A DNA stretch of 64,000 nt, taken from the NCBI GenBank assembly GCA_951406725.2, contig OX597822.1:62434001-62498000 (forward strand). Reading direction: 5' to 3'. The position numbers were made by a program, and so were the translations under genes. The notes below the pieces were generated by a model. The model ran no database searches, was not told the origin of the DNA, and saw nothing but the letters and a program-made list of their open reading frames with translations. The stretch comes from Octopus vulgaris. Taxonomy: Eukaryota. Positions 1-13,576 of this stretch are shown piece after piece. Each line of letters begins with the position of its first letter. Position 1 is the first letter of the stretch.

Positions 1-19
1 TCATATATTTGGTTATGTA

Positions 20-1824
20 CATAGTATTGTTGTAGAGAGTGTTTAAGAAAACAAGAAAATTATGAGTTTGCTTTAAAATTTGAGATTACATAAACAGTAT
101 GTTACGTAGGATATGGGCAGTTCCCATGAGCACTATGTTTTGAATTTCTGCCATTCTGAGGTTTTCTGGTATCTGAGCTAGGTAGCAATCAGCCCGTTTT
201 GCTATCATTCCCAGGGCACCTATGACAACAGCTATTGTTTTAGTCTTCAGGTTCCACATTTTGCCAATTTCTATTTCAAGATCTTTATGCTTGCTCAGTT
301 TTTGGTACGTCTTGACAGATACGGTTATATCGATTGGGACAGCCATATCAATGAGGAGGCATGAGTTCTGTCTAAAGTATTTCAATATGTCTGGCTTATT
401 TGCATCTATTTTTCTATCAGTTTGAATGGTGAAGTTCCAGAGGAGTGAGATGTGATCATTTTCAAGCACTGGAGGTGGATTGCCATCCCACCAGTTTTTA
501 TCATGGGGCAGATCCTGGCTTTTGCAAATTATTGTACAGCTCTATCATTCCTGTTGAGATACTCTGTAGGCGCAAGTAGACTGCACATGGAGACAACATC
601 ATCAATGGTTTTATTTTGTTGTTGACATATATAACATGTTGGGCAACTGCCGTTCTTTAATATGTTGGCCTGGTAGTTTCTTGTAGGTAGGCATTGATCT
701 TGGGCTGCTATGATAAACCCTTCTGTTTCTGATTTTAAGACAGAAGCCATTAACCATTGATGAATAAGGGCTTTGTCAACATCGACATTATTAGCTCTCT
801 TTGGGTATTTGCCATTCAGAGGTTTTTCATGCCATTTATCAGTAAGAATATCTAAAGTAGCAGTTTTAGCACGGGTTTTCATACGCTTAGCTTTTTCTTT
901 GCTTCTTTCTAGTACGTCTAATTCTGGAATTTGTTGTATTTGAAATTCACTTATATATTCCTTTGCCTGTTTTGTTTTTGAGTATGATACTTTCTTGTTT
1001 TCATGTTTTGAGACAAGTTTTAACATCCAGTCCTCAGAATTTTTCAGGCAGGTGCCAAGGCCAATTGTGGCAATATTCATTGTTAATTCCAGTTGTAAAA
1101 CTCCACGGTCTCCCACTTTTCTTGGCAGATAAAGTCGTTCTATATTTGCCTTAGGGTGGTACATTCTATGCATTGTCAACAATTTTCGTATTTTTCTGTC
1201 AAGATTACATATTTCAGTAATTGACCAGTTAATGATATTGAAACTATAAGTCATGACTGGTATGGCTAAATTATTGATCGCTTCGATCCTGTTTCTTGCA
1301 TTCAGCTCTGTCTTGAGTATTGCTCTCACCCTGCGATAACATTCTCTTCTGATCCTTTCCCCTCATCACTGAATGTTTGATTCCGTCCCCTTCAAACATC
1401 CCTAGGTATTTGTAGCTCTCTGTTGGTCCTAACTCCTTTATGGCATTCTGCTGGTCAAGGTTAACGTTAGATGTTTCTGTTATTTTTCCTTTGATAGAGG
1501 TAGCTTTTGCACATTTATCGAAGCCAAATAGCAACCTGCTGTCATCATTAAATTGTTTAAAAATCGTTAGTAACCCCTGGAGTTGTTGGCCATTTTTTGC
1601 AAAGAGCTTTCAATGATCCATTTTTATCAAACATTTTATAACCTTACTGTACATCATTGAGCAATTTCAAGAGAGGTAGACAAAAGAGGAGTGGTGATAG
1701 AGAGTCACCCTGGAAAATGCCACATGAAATTCTTACATCTCCAGCATTAAGAGATTCATTATTGTCACGATGTCATACTTACAGACAAAAAGTTTCATAG
1801 AGTAGGTGCTATTTTACACATTTC

Positions 1825-1826
<2 letters not shown>
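20..1826 (-). mobile_element. 5'-truncated, frameshifted R4/Dong-like non-LTR retrotransposon (RT C-terminus, zinc finger, restriction-like endonuclease)
   Basis: Minus-strand ORFs 1271-1534 (FGFDKCAKA...YKYLG), 529-1329 (ETEGFIIAAQDQCLPTRNY...CYICQQQNKTIDDVVSMC) and 86-469 (KPDIL...LIDMAVP...K..KHKDL...AHILR). It abuts an (ATT)n tract at 1827-1870, the typical Dong/R4 target. Confidence 0.85.
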
Positions 1827-1870
<44 letters not shown>

Positions 1871-2475
1871 GATTAAGTTATTAATTAATTTATTATAGGT
1901 CGTTTATTATTATTAATTAATTAATAAAATGTTGGTCATATAACCAATATTTTTAGGCAGTCGGAATCTCTGGATATGATACCTATGAACACTCTATGTT
2001 CATAGAAAGAAAGACATATACTTGTCTTATTGTAATAATGTTTTGCAGTCACTATTAAACAGTACTTTGCTGTTGAGATATAGCAATATTGAAACAGAAA
2101 CATTTGATGAGGTTGTCACTGTACAGTTAATGACCAAACTAACTCCTAATTGCGTTCCTTATTTAATTAATTAAGAATTCGTGTTTCTTATCAATAGACG
2201 TATAACATTAATTAATTAAAATTTCAAGGTTTCCTATCTCAAATATATTGACACTCACGTAGGTGCTCTCGAGCAGTTTCCAGTGAATTGGCTTATCGAA
2301 AGAAGTGGAGAAATAACAATAAATGCTATTACGAGAAGCCCATAACAATATAATGTATCTTAACAACGCAATAAGATAGTTAATATTAAAGTTTCAACGA
2401 TACACATTACACCTATTGCTATGAATGTGTATGAATAAATAATATAAAACCACACTAGAAACTGATGTGGGGGGT

Positions 2476-2478
2476 TGT

Positions 2479-2538
<60 letters not shown>
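2476..2538. repeat. (TG)n microsatellite
   Basis: Direct reading of the sequence. Confidence 0.95.
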
Positions 2539-2540
<2 letters not shown>

Positions 2541-2996
2541 TTTGTGGCTGTATGAGAAAATAGACGATATCACATTGAGTAAATGAGAGTTGTTTAATCG
2601 ATGAAGGCCATGACGACCACAGCGCTATTTCAGTTCAGCAGTGCTTAAGGTGTTAACGATCTCGTTAGGATAAAAGGTAAATATTATCCACGTCGTGCAA
2701 TCGAGCATAAGGAAATACTGCAATGTCCTCTCATGTTCAAACGATTTAGTTAATTCATCACACTTACATAAGACAAATGAAAACTATTGCACGAAACATC
2801 GCTAGCGGGTCGTTTGCTTGAGGAGTTCGTTTGCGCTTCCACGTTTTGCCCTTTTTTATTGTACTGCGTCACATCTTGCACATATGTCTTCTACAACAGC
2901 CCGGTTTGAACAACTTTTCAGTGGAATTTGATAGATGGAAACTGTTCGGAAGTCCATTACTTTCAAACTCCAAAGAATTCCTCTCAACACATGGCT

Positions 2997-3399
2997 ACCT
3001 CGTCTAGGCACTTGATGTAGGCCTCTGTGATGAGTCTGAGGCCATGTAGGAAGGTGAATGGAGGCATGACGTCGCCATCACTAGTGATCACTCCATCACC
3101 ATAATGCTGATCGGATGCTTGATTGTAATCACTCTCGGTACATGTCGTCAGATTGCACTCTCCTCAGATTCACACCCAAAAACTCTGAAATCTTCGTATT
3201 CGAGCTTCCGGTGCGAATCACAAGCAGTACAACATGTTGTTTCCAAATTTGTGGAGTCAGTTGCGGCATGGTGTTGCTTTTCTCATGGAGGGTGCCCAAC
3301 TGAACCTACTATACTGTGTAGTTAACAAAATCAAAAAGAGCCAAGGGCACGCGCGAAATATAAAATATAAAGTGACAACAATTTACCCATCGCACCCTG
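2997..3399 (-). mobile_element. Tc1/mariner (maT/Bmmar1-like) transposon remnant with one terminus
   Basis: Minus-strand translation reads KHPISIMV.GVITSDGDVMPPFTFLHGLRL.TEAYIKCLDEV. The terminus is TA|CAGGGTGCGATGGGTAAATTGT. Confidence 0.7.
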
Positions 3400-3417
3400 T
3401 ATGCATACATATACATA

Positions 3418-3590
3418 GGCGCGGGAGTGGCTGTGTGGTAAGTTCCTTGCTTCCCAACCACATGGTTCCGGGTTCAGTCCCACTGCGCGGCACCTTGGAC
3501 AAGTGTCTTCTACTATAGCCTTGGGCCGATTTGTTCGACTAAAGGCGATGCCCCAGCATGGCCACAGTCAAATGACTGAAACAAATAAAA
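3418..3590 (+). mobile_element. tRNA-derived SINE, family B (GGCGCAGGAGTGGCTGTGTGGTAAG head), internally deleted
   Basis: A-box- and B-box-like motifs are present. The same family recurs at about 8700-8910(-), 25034-25345, 26735-27140, 27158-27327, 27690-27880, 28918-29795, 32510-32690(-), 33497-33660(-), 39335-39655(-), 42175-42570, 43470-43876(-), 52240-52460(-), 55095-55252(-) and 60215-60600. Confidence 0.85.
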
Positions 3591-3623
3591 TAATTAAATA
3601 ATATAAATACACACACATATATA

Positions 3624-3672
<49 letters not shown>

Positions 3673-3869
3673 TGAGAGAGAAAGAGAGGGAGAGAGAAAG
3701 AGAAAGATACATAGATTATCTAGCAACATACATTCTATGATATCAGAAGCCGTTGAGACTGTGCTTATTGGTAAGTTTAATTTTATTACTTCAGAAAACA
3801 TAGTATACAAGGGTTACCTTATTGGAATGTTATGTGAAATGAAACACTAACAGTAGTAGCAATTTTAAA

Positions 3870-4500
3870 AGCGGTCTGGGAAGATGATATTTCTTATCGT
3901 TGTGATTTATTCCAACCCAACTCAGACCAAATTGCCGTTACTTACTTGGACCACTTGGAGCACAGAGCACTCAGCACCGGCTGCTCGTGCGCTTTCGTTA
4001 ATAGGTATGTAGATGGCATCATGCTCACACCTTTCCATGAGGAGGCCACTGCAATACAGAAACACTTCAATGACCCAGAACAGCACATTTAATACACAAC
4101 GCTGGAACCCTCTGATACACTTTCCATTAAGCATTATGGACAAGGGAATATCGACACGGCATTCTATCGAAAAGCAGCCAGCCGGAACCAGTTTATTCAC
4201 TTGGAGTCAGCTCTCCAAAATTGACTACATGTGGAACGAGATCGCACATATCCATGGCATATGTAGTGACACTACTAGTCAGAGATGAACGGAGACCATA
4301 GGCGAGCAGTTTTGACAGAATTGTCGCACGTCAAACGCATTCGAAAGCTTTAATGCAGTCGAGTGCAATAACATAACTTTTACCAAATTTTACGACCAAA
4401 TTTCGTGACCTGAATTTAGATGTGACTGTTGGTGGTTAAGGTGAATTGAGACCCTATGTGAACGAAAAGGTTGATGTCAATATCTTTCTCGGTGGCATTT
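3870..4500 (+). pseudogene. Degenerate Penelope-like reverse transcriptase (thumb region) fragment
   Basis: One frame at about 4140-4215 reads GNIDTAFYRKAASRNQFIHLESAL, resembling the PLE motif T..YRKP....YLH..S. Upstream WEDDIS resembles YVDDI. Stops and frameshifts are present. Confidence 0.55.
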
Positions 4501-4918
4501 GAGATATTTGAAATGAATAAGTTAGAACGATAACTGGCATGTAACAGAGGTTGTTCATCCTTAGAATGTTCCCATGGAGTAGTATAAACTTCGAGGAGAG
4601 AGAAAGAACGAGAGAAGAGAAGAGAGTTACAGGAGTTTGATATAGATGGGAGTTAGTTCTGGAGCAAGTTGTTTGGTAGCAATGGAAGGAAAATTATCAA
4701 GGCCGACGGACTTAAGGCTGAAAAATTGGCAGAATGGCTAGAGTGTTGGACAAAATGCCTAGTAGAATTTCACGCAAATCTTTAGGCTCTGGATTCAAAT
4801 TCCGGTGATGGTGGTCTGTGCCTTTCATCCTTCTAGGTCGATAAAATAGAATACTAGTTTAATATTAGGGTCGATACTAACTTCTTACCTCAAAATGTTT
4901 GGCCTTATCACTAAACAT

Positions 4919-4966
<48 letters not shown>

Positions 4967-5282
4967 GTTCTGGTTGTTCTTCTTCTTCTTCCAATCAGGA
5001 CTCACCCCATTAGCCACAAAGAATAATCTCTAATTCGAGCTTACTCTAAGCTACTAAGAATGCGTGTGGCAACTTGAAGATTCACCCACCACGCGCGATA
5101 GATTGGCGGTTGCACGGGCGCGAAAGCTACGTTGTTATCCTCATTCCTTAAACGGTGGCTTTTAACGGGCGGAGAGCTGAACTATCCTGGGGTACAGAGG
5201 ATTCGCAATCTAGACAAGGGTCTGAAGGTTTACCACACCATAATGGGTTACACCAGGGTTCCTCTGCTTTATGGCAGAAGTA

Positions 5283-5675
5283 GGAAGAAAGAGTAAGAGA
5301 AAGTTGTGGTGAAAGAGTACAGCGGGTTTCATCCACAACCCCGCCGGAGGCTCGTGGAGCTTAGGTGTTTTTGCTCAATAAATACTCACAATGCCCGGTC
5401 TGGGAATCGAAACCGCGTTCTTATATTTCTTTATTACCCACAAGGGGCTAAACATAGAGAGGAAAAAAAAGACAGACAAATGGATTAAGTCGATTACATC
5501 GACCCCAGTGCGTAACAGGTACTTAATTTATCGACCCCGAAAGGATGGAAGGCAAAGTCGACCTCGGCGGAATTTGAACTCAGAACGTAATGGCAGACGA
5601 AATACGGCTACGCATTTCGCCCGGCGGGCTAACGTTTCTGCCAGCTCGCTACCTAACCACTGGGCCATTGCGCCT
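5283..5675 (-). mobile_element. tRNA-derived SINE family C (GGCGCAATGGCCCAGTGGTTAGG head) with a family A SINE nested inside (about 5420-5651)
   Basis: The flanks match 56126-56320 and 57125-57317. The insert matches the reverse complement of 38863-39095. Confidence 0.8.
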
Positions 5676-6607
5676 CCACTGTTGTCATTGTTGTCGTCGT
5701 CGTCGTTCTTGTTGTTACTGCAGCTGTTATTTGCTAGAGAGAAAAAAAATGAAGAACTGAATTTTAAAACGGTTTACTTAATAAGAACTTTTTCTTTTCG
5801 TTTTACTAACAAGTGACATCGGAACGTACACGTATCCAATCCATTAACTCTCGAGTGAGAAATAAGGTTCGTTCCTAAGCGTTTATAAATTTGTTTTGCC
5901 ACACCTATTGTACAAATTGCTAGTAATTTAGAATGGCATCGTGTGAGGAGGTGAGTGTTAGCTGCAAACGTGATGACAACAGATGTAGCATCAAAGAAAA
6001 TTTTGAAAAACCAAAAGAAAAGAGAAACAGAATTTAAAATGATACCCAGGAAATAAAGAAATGGCGATACAGGAAGAAGCAAAAGTAGTTACACATTTGA
6101 GCAGTTATTCACTATAAATCAGAACCCCCCACCGAAGCTAGCACTAGTACTGACTCAAACGTAATAAACATCTTTTTACTCAACAAACGTAAAGATTTTG
6201 ACTGGGGTGTTCGCCAAGAGGTGAACGCTTGCTATCAGTGATTTAGTCGGAGGCACACAAACTCGTGTTTCCTAGCAGGCCTACTGACAGCAATTCACTG
6301 CATTACCGAGCACAGTATACATAATATCGAAAGAACTGACGTGGCTAATTATTTTGTTTTACTGCGATGCTTGCAGGTAAGTGTCTTGTTCAGACGAATA
6401 CCTATCCACCAGAATTAATAATAAAACATAGATAATCAGAAAAAAAAGAAGTGAAATAAAGAAATGACATATCATGGAACAAGTCAGTACCAAATCTACC
6501 TTCGCTAATGCTCTGATCAATTTAGATAAGTCTAAATCATACGTCAAGGTCAGTCATCTTAAATCTAGTCGTTTTATCCTTCCCTTCAGAAGATGATTCT
6601 CTACAAC

Positions 6608-6670
6608 AGTGTTTCTCAACCTTTTTACCCTTGCATAAACCTTAAAATAAATTACATGTCTCAAGGACAT
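6608..6670 (+). mobile_element. hAT-type terminal fragment (CAGTGTTTCTCAACCTTTT)
   Basis: Matches the Charlie/Buster-type TIR start. No partner end was seen. Confidence 0.4.
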
Positions 6671-6732
6671 GTAATTTCTCATATACTTTTCATCGTGTTT
6701 CATGTGGTGAATATCATATATATATATATATA

Positions 6733-6986
6733 CAACTTATCACTGACGAGCAGAAAATTCTTATGAATTAACTCTGAAATCGGGGCCGATATGATAATAA
6801 CGGAATTTTTTAGAAGTTTCTGGTGGCTTACAATATGGTTATTGACGATTTGTCAACTTTCGGCATATTTGGCATTAGAATTTTTTTTGCCCTTGTTTAT
6901 AAGTTGTTTATAAATTTAACCATTAAAGGTATTTTTTAATATGCTGGCCATTGATAGAATTTTTTCGAAAATTTTTATCCTATATT

Positions 6987-6990
<4 letters not shown>
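6733..6990 (+). mobile_element. Short element between (TA)n tracts with a degenerate type I HHR (6738-6791); same family as 62365-62700
   Basis: tatca-CTGACGA-...-GAAA-tcgg-ggc-cgata. About 200 bp downstream aligns with 62470-62690. The UH cleavage site is mutated in this copy. Confidence 0.65.
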
Positions 6991-7020
<30 letters not shown>

Positions 7021-7984
7021 GGTTGCTAAATATATTTTTTAATAACATAAAACGGTTAGATAGTATGACATTACAATATTACAATAACCAATAATGTGTT
7101 TTGCATGTATAGTAATATTACGATCATGAAATTAGCATTATCTTATCTCACTCTTTCTCGTTGAAGAGCATTCTGATAGAATTGGTCTGCACATATATAT
7201 TGTTTATGTAGTATAGTACAAGAAGTACAAGTGTCATATACTACAAGAAAACTATACATACTAGATGAATAAAATTCACTCTGGCTACGACATGGGTTAA
7301 TGTCATTAACTAACTCATAAATGTCAACGCGTATCACACCTATCTAGAGATTCTTTGTCAGAATATATTACAATAACATTTCAATGAAAATAATCGTCTC
7401 ATTAATATGTAACAACAAACCAGCAAGGCACAGAATGTATTACACCAAATGTAAGATATAAATCTCAATGTAAGCAGGACAGTTGTAAATTTCATTAATG
7501 AAAACTGCTATACCGAACGGAAACATATACAATGAGGCGCCATTACAACTCATTAAAATACAGTACATTATATAAAATTAGGAAGAAAAGTAAATAAATT
7601 GGTAGCATTACTCTTCACAAAATAAATAAATGAATAAATAAACGATTCAAGAAATAACTATTTACTCTTTCGTACTTGAAAAATACAAATAAAAAAATAA
7701 ATACACTCATATATCATACGTCAAATAAATCCTGAAATCAACCAGATCTTAACCGTTGTATAATTCTAAGTTTCGGTTCGGACCATTTTATCAGATGTAA
7801 GCAATATTTTCATGATCTTTTGTGGCTCACACGCGAAAAAAAAACACGCCATTGTTACTATCACTTCATTCTGATGGTGTGTTCTAACAGGTCTTGAAAT
7901 GAGGAACGTTATTGTTATACATTACATTAAAATAAAGAATACAAGTAATTGAATATGAAAAATCCTGAAGAAAAGAAACGAAAT

Positions 7985-8410
7985 GAGGTGGTGAACTGGA
8001 AGAATCGCTAGCAGCCGGGAAAAATACTTCCAGGTATTCCGTCTGTTCTTATGTTCTGAGTTTAAAATTTCACTGAGATCGATAAACTAAGTACCATTTT
8101 AGTATTGGAGCGGATGTAATCGACCGCCCCTCTCCACTGGAATTACTGGCTTTGCGCTAAAATTTGAAAACCAATATTAGCTATGAAGGAGGAGGTGAGC
8201 TGGCAGAATTGTTACCGTGCCGGACAACATGCTGAGCGGCATTTCATCCATCTTTACGTTCTGAGTTGTTCAAATTCCGCTGAGGTTGAATTTGCCTTTC
8301 ATCATTTTACGGTCGATAAAACGCGTATCAATTGAGCATTGAGATCGATCTGATAGACACCCCCTCCCCATCTCCGGATATTGCTGTCTTGTGCCAAAAT
8401 CAGAAACCGA
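7985..8410 (+). mobile_element. Two adjacent family A SINE copies (GGCGGTGAGCTGGCAGAA head)
   Basis: Similar to 38863-39260. Other copies lie at about 4718-4915, 10505-10668(-), 13225-13755, 28532-28670, 37200-37415 and 41214-41428. Confidence 0.8.
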
Positions 8411-8584
8411 TATCAACAATGAAGGAAGAGAAGACCCCTGTCAACATAACATGGCAGTCCTGGTTTAGGACAAACATTCTTTATTCCAAAGTACTGTTGC
8501 TGAATATTTCTTGTGAGAATTAAAAATAGTAATTTTCTGAGAAGACCCCTGTTTATCTTTTTACACAAATATATTTGAGTGTGC

Positions 8585-8659
<75 letters not shown>

Positions 8660-11600
8660 CGTATATATGTATGCATGTATGTATGTATGTATGTATGTAT
8701 GTATATATTTATCATTATAATTGTTTTCGTCTTGGAATGCGGCCATGTTGGGGCACCATCTTGAAGAATTTTTTGTCGAACGACACGACTCCTGTATGTT
8801 TTTAAACATGCTATTTATAGTAAAGGTCTCTTTTGCCAAGCCACTAAATGACGAGAAATGTAAAAGCACCAACACCAGTTGTGAAGCAGTGATTGGGACA
8901 ACGTCACAAGATATACACACACACACACTATATATGTGTGTATATGTGTGTGCGTGTGTGTGTGCTTGTGTGTGTGTATGTGTGTGTGTATGTATACATA
9001 TATATATACGCATTGGTTCCATTACCAATATTGTGATTCTACCTTATTTTAGTGATCGTTGTCGCATGTACCTGAAAAAAAAAGCTCCTTTTCTTAAATT
9101 GGATATTGGCCTCAAACATTATTATATAAAATGTTTCGTGTATGGATCCATGTGGTAGCGTCAATGAATCCGATCTGATCGTAATTCTATATCTTGATCG
9201 ACTCGATTTAATTCCTCTTTAATTATCCCCCTGCATCTTCAGATGACGTACTTGTGAAAATTTTATTGCCAGTGTAGTTAACCTCTTCTGAATATATATT
9301 CTCGTAAACATCGTACTTCAAGAGTTATTCGAAGTTACCGCAGATTAGGATCATGAGAAGGAGGTGGAAATTGCTTAAAGATAGTTACATGAAACCCAAT
9401 GAACGAAGTAACATGCCAGCAACTGTCAACCCAATACTTGTATCAATTTGTTAAAGATTTAGATGTAATTTCAAGGCAGTTTTTCCTCAGTTATATCCAC
9501 ACACAAAACCCACAGAAAATTCAAATATGGGTATTTTTATATATGGAATAATAGCGATACAGATTACACAAAAATAACTGCTGGACTTGGAAATAGCAAT
9601 ATCATAAATCACAGTATTGGACTTGTCTCTAATAAAAATACTTGCGTTTATAATCAGGGTATCTTCTTAAATATTAATTTGTTACACATTAACCACAAAG
9701 CAAGAAGTTATTTCAGTAGCTGCTTTCTGACGTGGTTTTGTGTGTGTCCATATGTAAGCTTATGGAGGCAATAGATATGAGTGTAGAGAATATTCAGCAA
9801 TAGACACTGTGTAATGCAAATATGAGGAACTTATATTTTCCTCATATGTACAATTCATCTAATGAATGTACAGGATACCATTTGTGAAGCAGGTAATGAA
9901 ACTCACTCCTTTACATTAATGCTCTTACGTTTTGTTTTTATCCGCTTTGCCGGAAAGTGCGCTGTTTCGCGTACACGTGCATAATGTAATTAACAAATTA
10001 CATTTAAGCATAAGGTGTGAGTTGAAGAGCTGGAAATACTCTCGATCGAAATGTTTTAGTCAGTTATTAAATCCACGGGGCAACGGTGTAATGGTATCAA
10101 CGGATTCTGAGATTATGCGAAGGTGACATTCTATATTGTAGAAAGTCAGGATATAGAATCTATATATACTGAATCTATATATACTGAATGCCAGGATATA
10201 GAATCTATATATACTGAAAAATACAAACAGCAAGATATTGGTTTCACATTTTAGTACAAAGCTAGCCCGCCGAGGTCGGCTTTACCTTTCATCCTTCCCC
10301 CAAAATTTTGGGCCTTATGCCTAGAGTAGAAAAGATTTTAGTGCAAGGCTAGCCTGGTACTAAAATGTGAAACCAGTATATAGTAGTAGTTTCATGAGAA
10401 ACGGTTATATTAAAATCATAGATATGTGTTCGAAATGTTTAAGTATCTTCCATAGAGTTACCGAATATAATTATATCGTCTAAATAAAACTAAATGGATT
10501 CAAACTTCGGGAGAGGAAGTAAGCCGATTATTGGTACTTATTTTATCGATCCCGAATTATGAAAGGCAAAGTTGACATTGAGGGAAGTTTAACTCAGAAC
10601 ACAGCAACGGACGGAATGCAACAAAGCATTTTGTCCGGCGCGCTAACGATTCTGCCTACTCGCTGCCTTATAATGTTATATTGACACAGTTTTATGTTTC
10701 AACATTCTTCAAAAGTAATTTAGTCAAATGTCTCTGAAACTTCCCTACTGTTGTTCAGTTTTGCTTAACTAAATATTGTAAGTGTTACAGCCTTCATTAA
10801 TTTAAGACATAAACCTATTTTGTTGTATTTTGTAGACAATTGCCAACCTGTAAGTAAGCAACTAATATATCATAGAACCGAGTCACTCTCCGTGAATAGA
10901 TCACATTGTAACAAATTAAAATCACAACAGACGGTTTGCCACTGATTGCGTGTTAAGCCTCTGAACAACAAGTCTCCGTATGCAAATTTTCCAAATGATT
11001 TTGCAAGCGTTATGTATATTTCATTAAGCATTAAATCAAATTCTCTCGCAGAATATTCTTGAATCCTTTTAGTCGTATTTAGATGATATAATTATATTCG
11101 GTAACTCTATGGAAGATACCTAAACATTTCGAACACATGTCTATGATTTTAATATATCTGTTTCTCATGAAAAAATGTATTTTTTTGTAAAACAATAATC
11201 AATTTATTTTAGTTACTGCATTTGATGCCATGAAATAACACCTGCTACTTCTTAAAGTCCTCAAAGTTCCAATTTCTGAATCGCAAAATATTCTGCTGCT
11301 GAGAGAAAAAGAATAGATGCGCTGATGCCGGTCACAATTATATTATTCTATTCGACCAGATCACAAAAGTTTCTACGAAGTATGAGAATAATACTGCATT
11401 ATGAAAAAGGAATTTTTCTTCTTGTTTTTTTTTTTACTACGGATGCTCATAAAATTTATTATGAGAGCCGATTATGTTCTAAAATAGTCTATATTCTCTA
11501 AAACACATTGGCTTGCTAATTTATGTGGCTGGTGCTTTTTCTGATAATGCAAGACACTTAATGAACTGTTTCATTCTTCCAATTCCTCAAGAATATTTAC

Positions 11601-13257
11601 TGCTTTCAAAATATTCAAGTTGACGTACAAAAGGTTATTTTCTATGCTACACACAACTCCATCCAATTCATATTTGAGAATGACGCGTCAACCACGAAAC
11701 CAGCTGCAACATTGTCAAAGAGATTGCGTCCCACAGCTTTTTCTTCTGTTCCAGTTATGAAGTGAATTGTTCATTCCTTCTATTAGCAGTTGTTGGGTTC
11801 TTACATATATGATAACACTACGCTTCTAGTGCAGACCAGCAGTCTGATTTAGGATTGATAATTTTGATAATTCTCGTACATAAAGAATATTTCCTGCTGA
11901 TGAGAAAAAAAGAATAATTGCGCTGATGTTAGTTATTCTACTCAACCAGATCACAAATTTTTCAACGAAGTTTCTATAGATTGTATCACTTAAATTCGAC
12001 AATGTCGCTGCAACTAAAGTTTCTTTTTCTGTTTTCCACCAAGAATGCTCATAAAATTTATTTTGAGGGCTGAATATGTTTCATACGAAAGTCTAAATTT
12101 TAAAAACCTAATGATTAATATTTTCCAAATGCCACTCTGTTTATAGAAAGTTTTCATTGAATTTTATTGTACCTAAACAGTCAGTATTTTTAATCAAATA
12201 TTTTCTACTGGCGATTAATTCATACTTACGTTAGCACTTTTCTTTTATTTGCTCTGATATCAATTCGCAGACCATTTTTTGATATCTTAAACAGTTATTT
12301 CAGATGGAAGTCTCGGTGGTACCTTCTATGAAACAGGGAGCTCAACTAATGTTTATAGAAGTGCAAAATTTTCTAAAACAACGACAAATTATGCTAAGCC
12401 GAATTGTACTTTGTAACCCTATAGGAACTCGACAATACAAGAGATCCAAACAGACAATATAGAAAACAGTATTCTTAGCTTTAATTCAGGGAATATTTAG
12501 AAAGCTTATTGGCTCAAATTTTAGTACTATCTTCAATTAGATCACTGATCTCAATTGTTACCAGTGATATTCATTATAATCGTTTCTTTTAAATGTTGAT
12601 CCCCTGTTGGTGTTCTTGAAACCTCTTGGTTATTTTCTTATAGCCCAGTCCTTACTGGAACTGTACGCCTAAGCAAATGCTATCATTTAGAAATTAAACT
12701 ACTATAATACATTTGTTCAGAGAAAGTAATACAATTGCACATACTGTTTCACTCGTGATATGTCACGCTACACAACATTTCCGGACGAAATAGTTAAGTT
12801 TGTGAAGTTAGAATTAACGATTACTGACTCAGGTTCAAATTCCAGAAGCACCCTCAAACCTCATTCTTACCTACTACAATACTATTTCTCAATCGAAACA
12901 TTCCCTGAGTAAAAGAAATAATAATGATATTTTACCGAGCATTCACATGCCTATCGCTCCAGCTGACAAAGTCTGTAGTTCAAATAGAACTATCAGCTAT
13001 GAAACTATATGAAAAACTTAATATGTGACATTTTGAGTTGAATTTAGTTGAATTGTACTGGATTAATGTTATATTATTGCTGTTAACTTCTATAAGTTTT
13101 ACAAAATGTAATTTCTTGCAATTTTTACAAGAAGAGTGTATGTTGAGATTCTTAGTTCTTTTAGTAATTCATATCCTAATGGACGAACACTAACCTATCT
13201 TCAAGTTGATGCTTCACTGTATGTAGCAGACAGAATCGTCAGAGCGCCGGAAAGATT

Positions 13258-13576
13258 TACGGAGATGTACTTGCATGGCAAGTGACCAGCTCTGAGATTG
13301 TGTGCTGGAACGAAAACAATTGCAGCGTGGAAGGTTTTTATAAGCCATTTAAGAAACACACAAAAACCGTTAGATTCACTTCAACATTTAAATTTAATTT
13401 GCCAAAATATTTTCGTCGCTTTGAGATCGCGACCTGTTCACTGACAAAATTCCGTCTCGCGGTCTCAAAGCGACGAAAATATTTTGGCAAATTAAATTTA
13501 AATGTTGAAGTGAATCTAACGGTTTTTGTGTGTTTCTTAAATGGCTTATAAACACCTTCCACGTTGCAATTGTTGT
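13258..13576. mobile_element. Fold-back insertion in a family A SINE with a 10-bp TSD
   Basis: Inverted arms are 13315-13432 and 13457-13574. CGGAAAGATT is duplicated at 13248-13257 and 13577-13586, and the SINE resumes after it. Confidence 0.85.
13400..13446 (-). ncRNA. Type I hammerhead ribozyme, G3:C8 variant
   Basis: UGUCA-GUGAACA-g-GUCGC-gaucucaaa-GCGAC-GAAA-auau-UU-UGGCA. Stems I and II pair, helix III is a palindromic loop, and the core shows a compensatory C3G/G8C change. Confidence 0.7.

Noticed and set aside
7740-7800. Minus-strand CUGAUAA...GAAA hammerhead-like boxes
   Set aside because: There is no UH after helix III and no stem I pairing.
9108-9250. Minus-strand CUGAAGA ... GAAA-cauu/aaug-UU
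   Set aside because: Stem II does not close and stem I is out of register; probably chance.
11893-11930. CTGATGA boxes here and at 22786 and 40775 (CCGATGA)
   Set aside because: No properly placed GAAA box or closing stems.
12225-12460. Possible small host exons (minus-strand GTAAGT donor at about 12225; plus-strand TTTCAG-ATG at 12298)
   Set aside because: The frames are short with no recognisable protein similarity and cannot be supported without transcripts.
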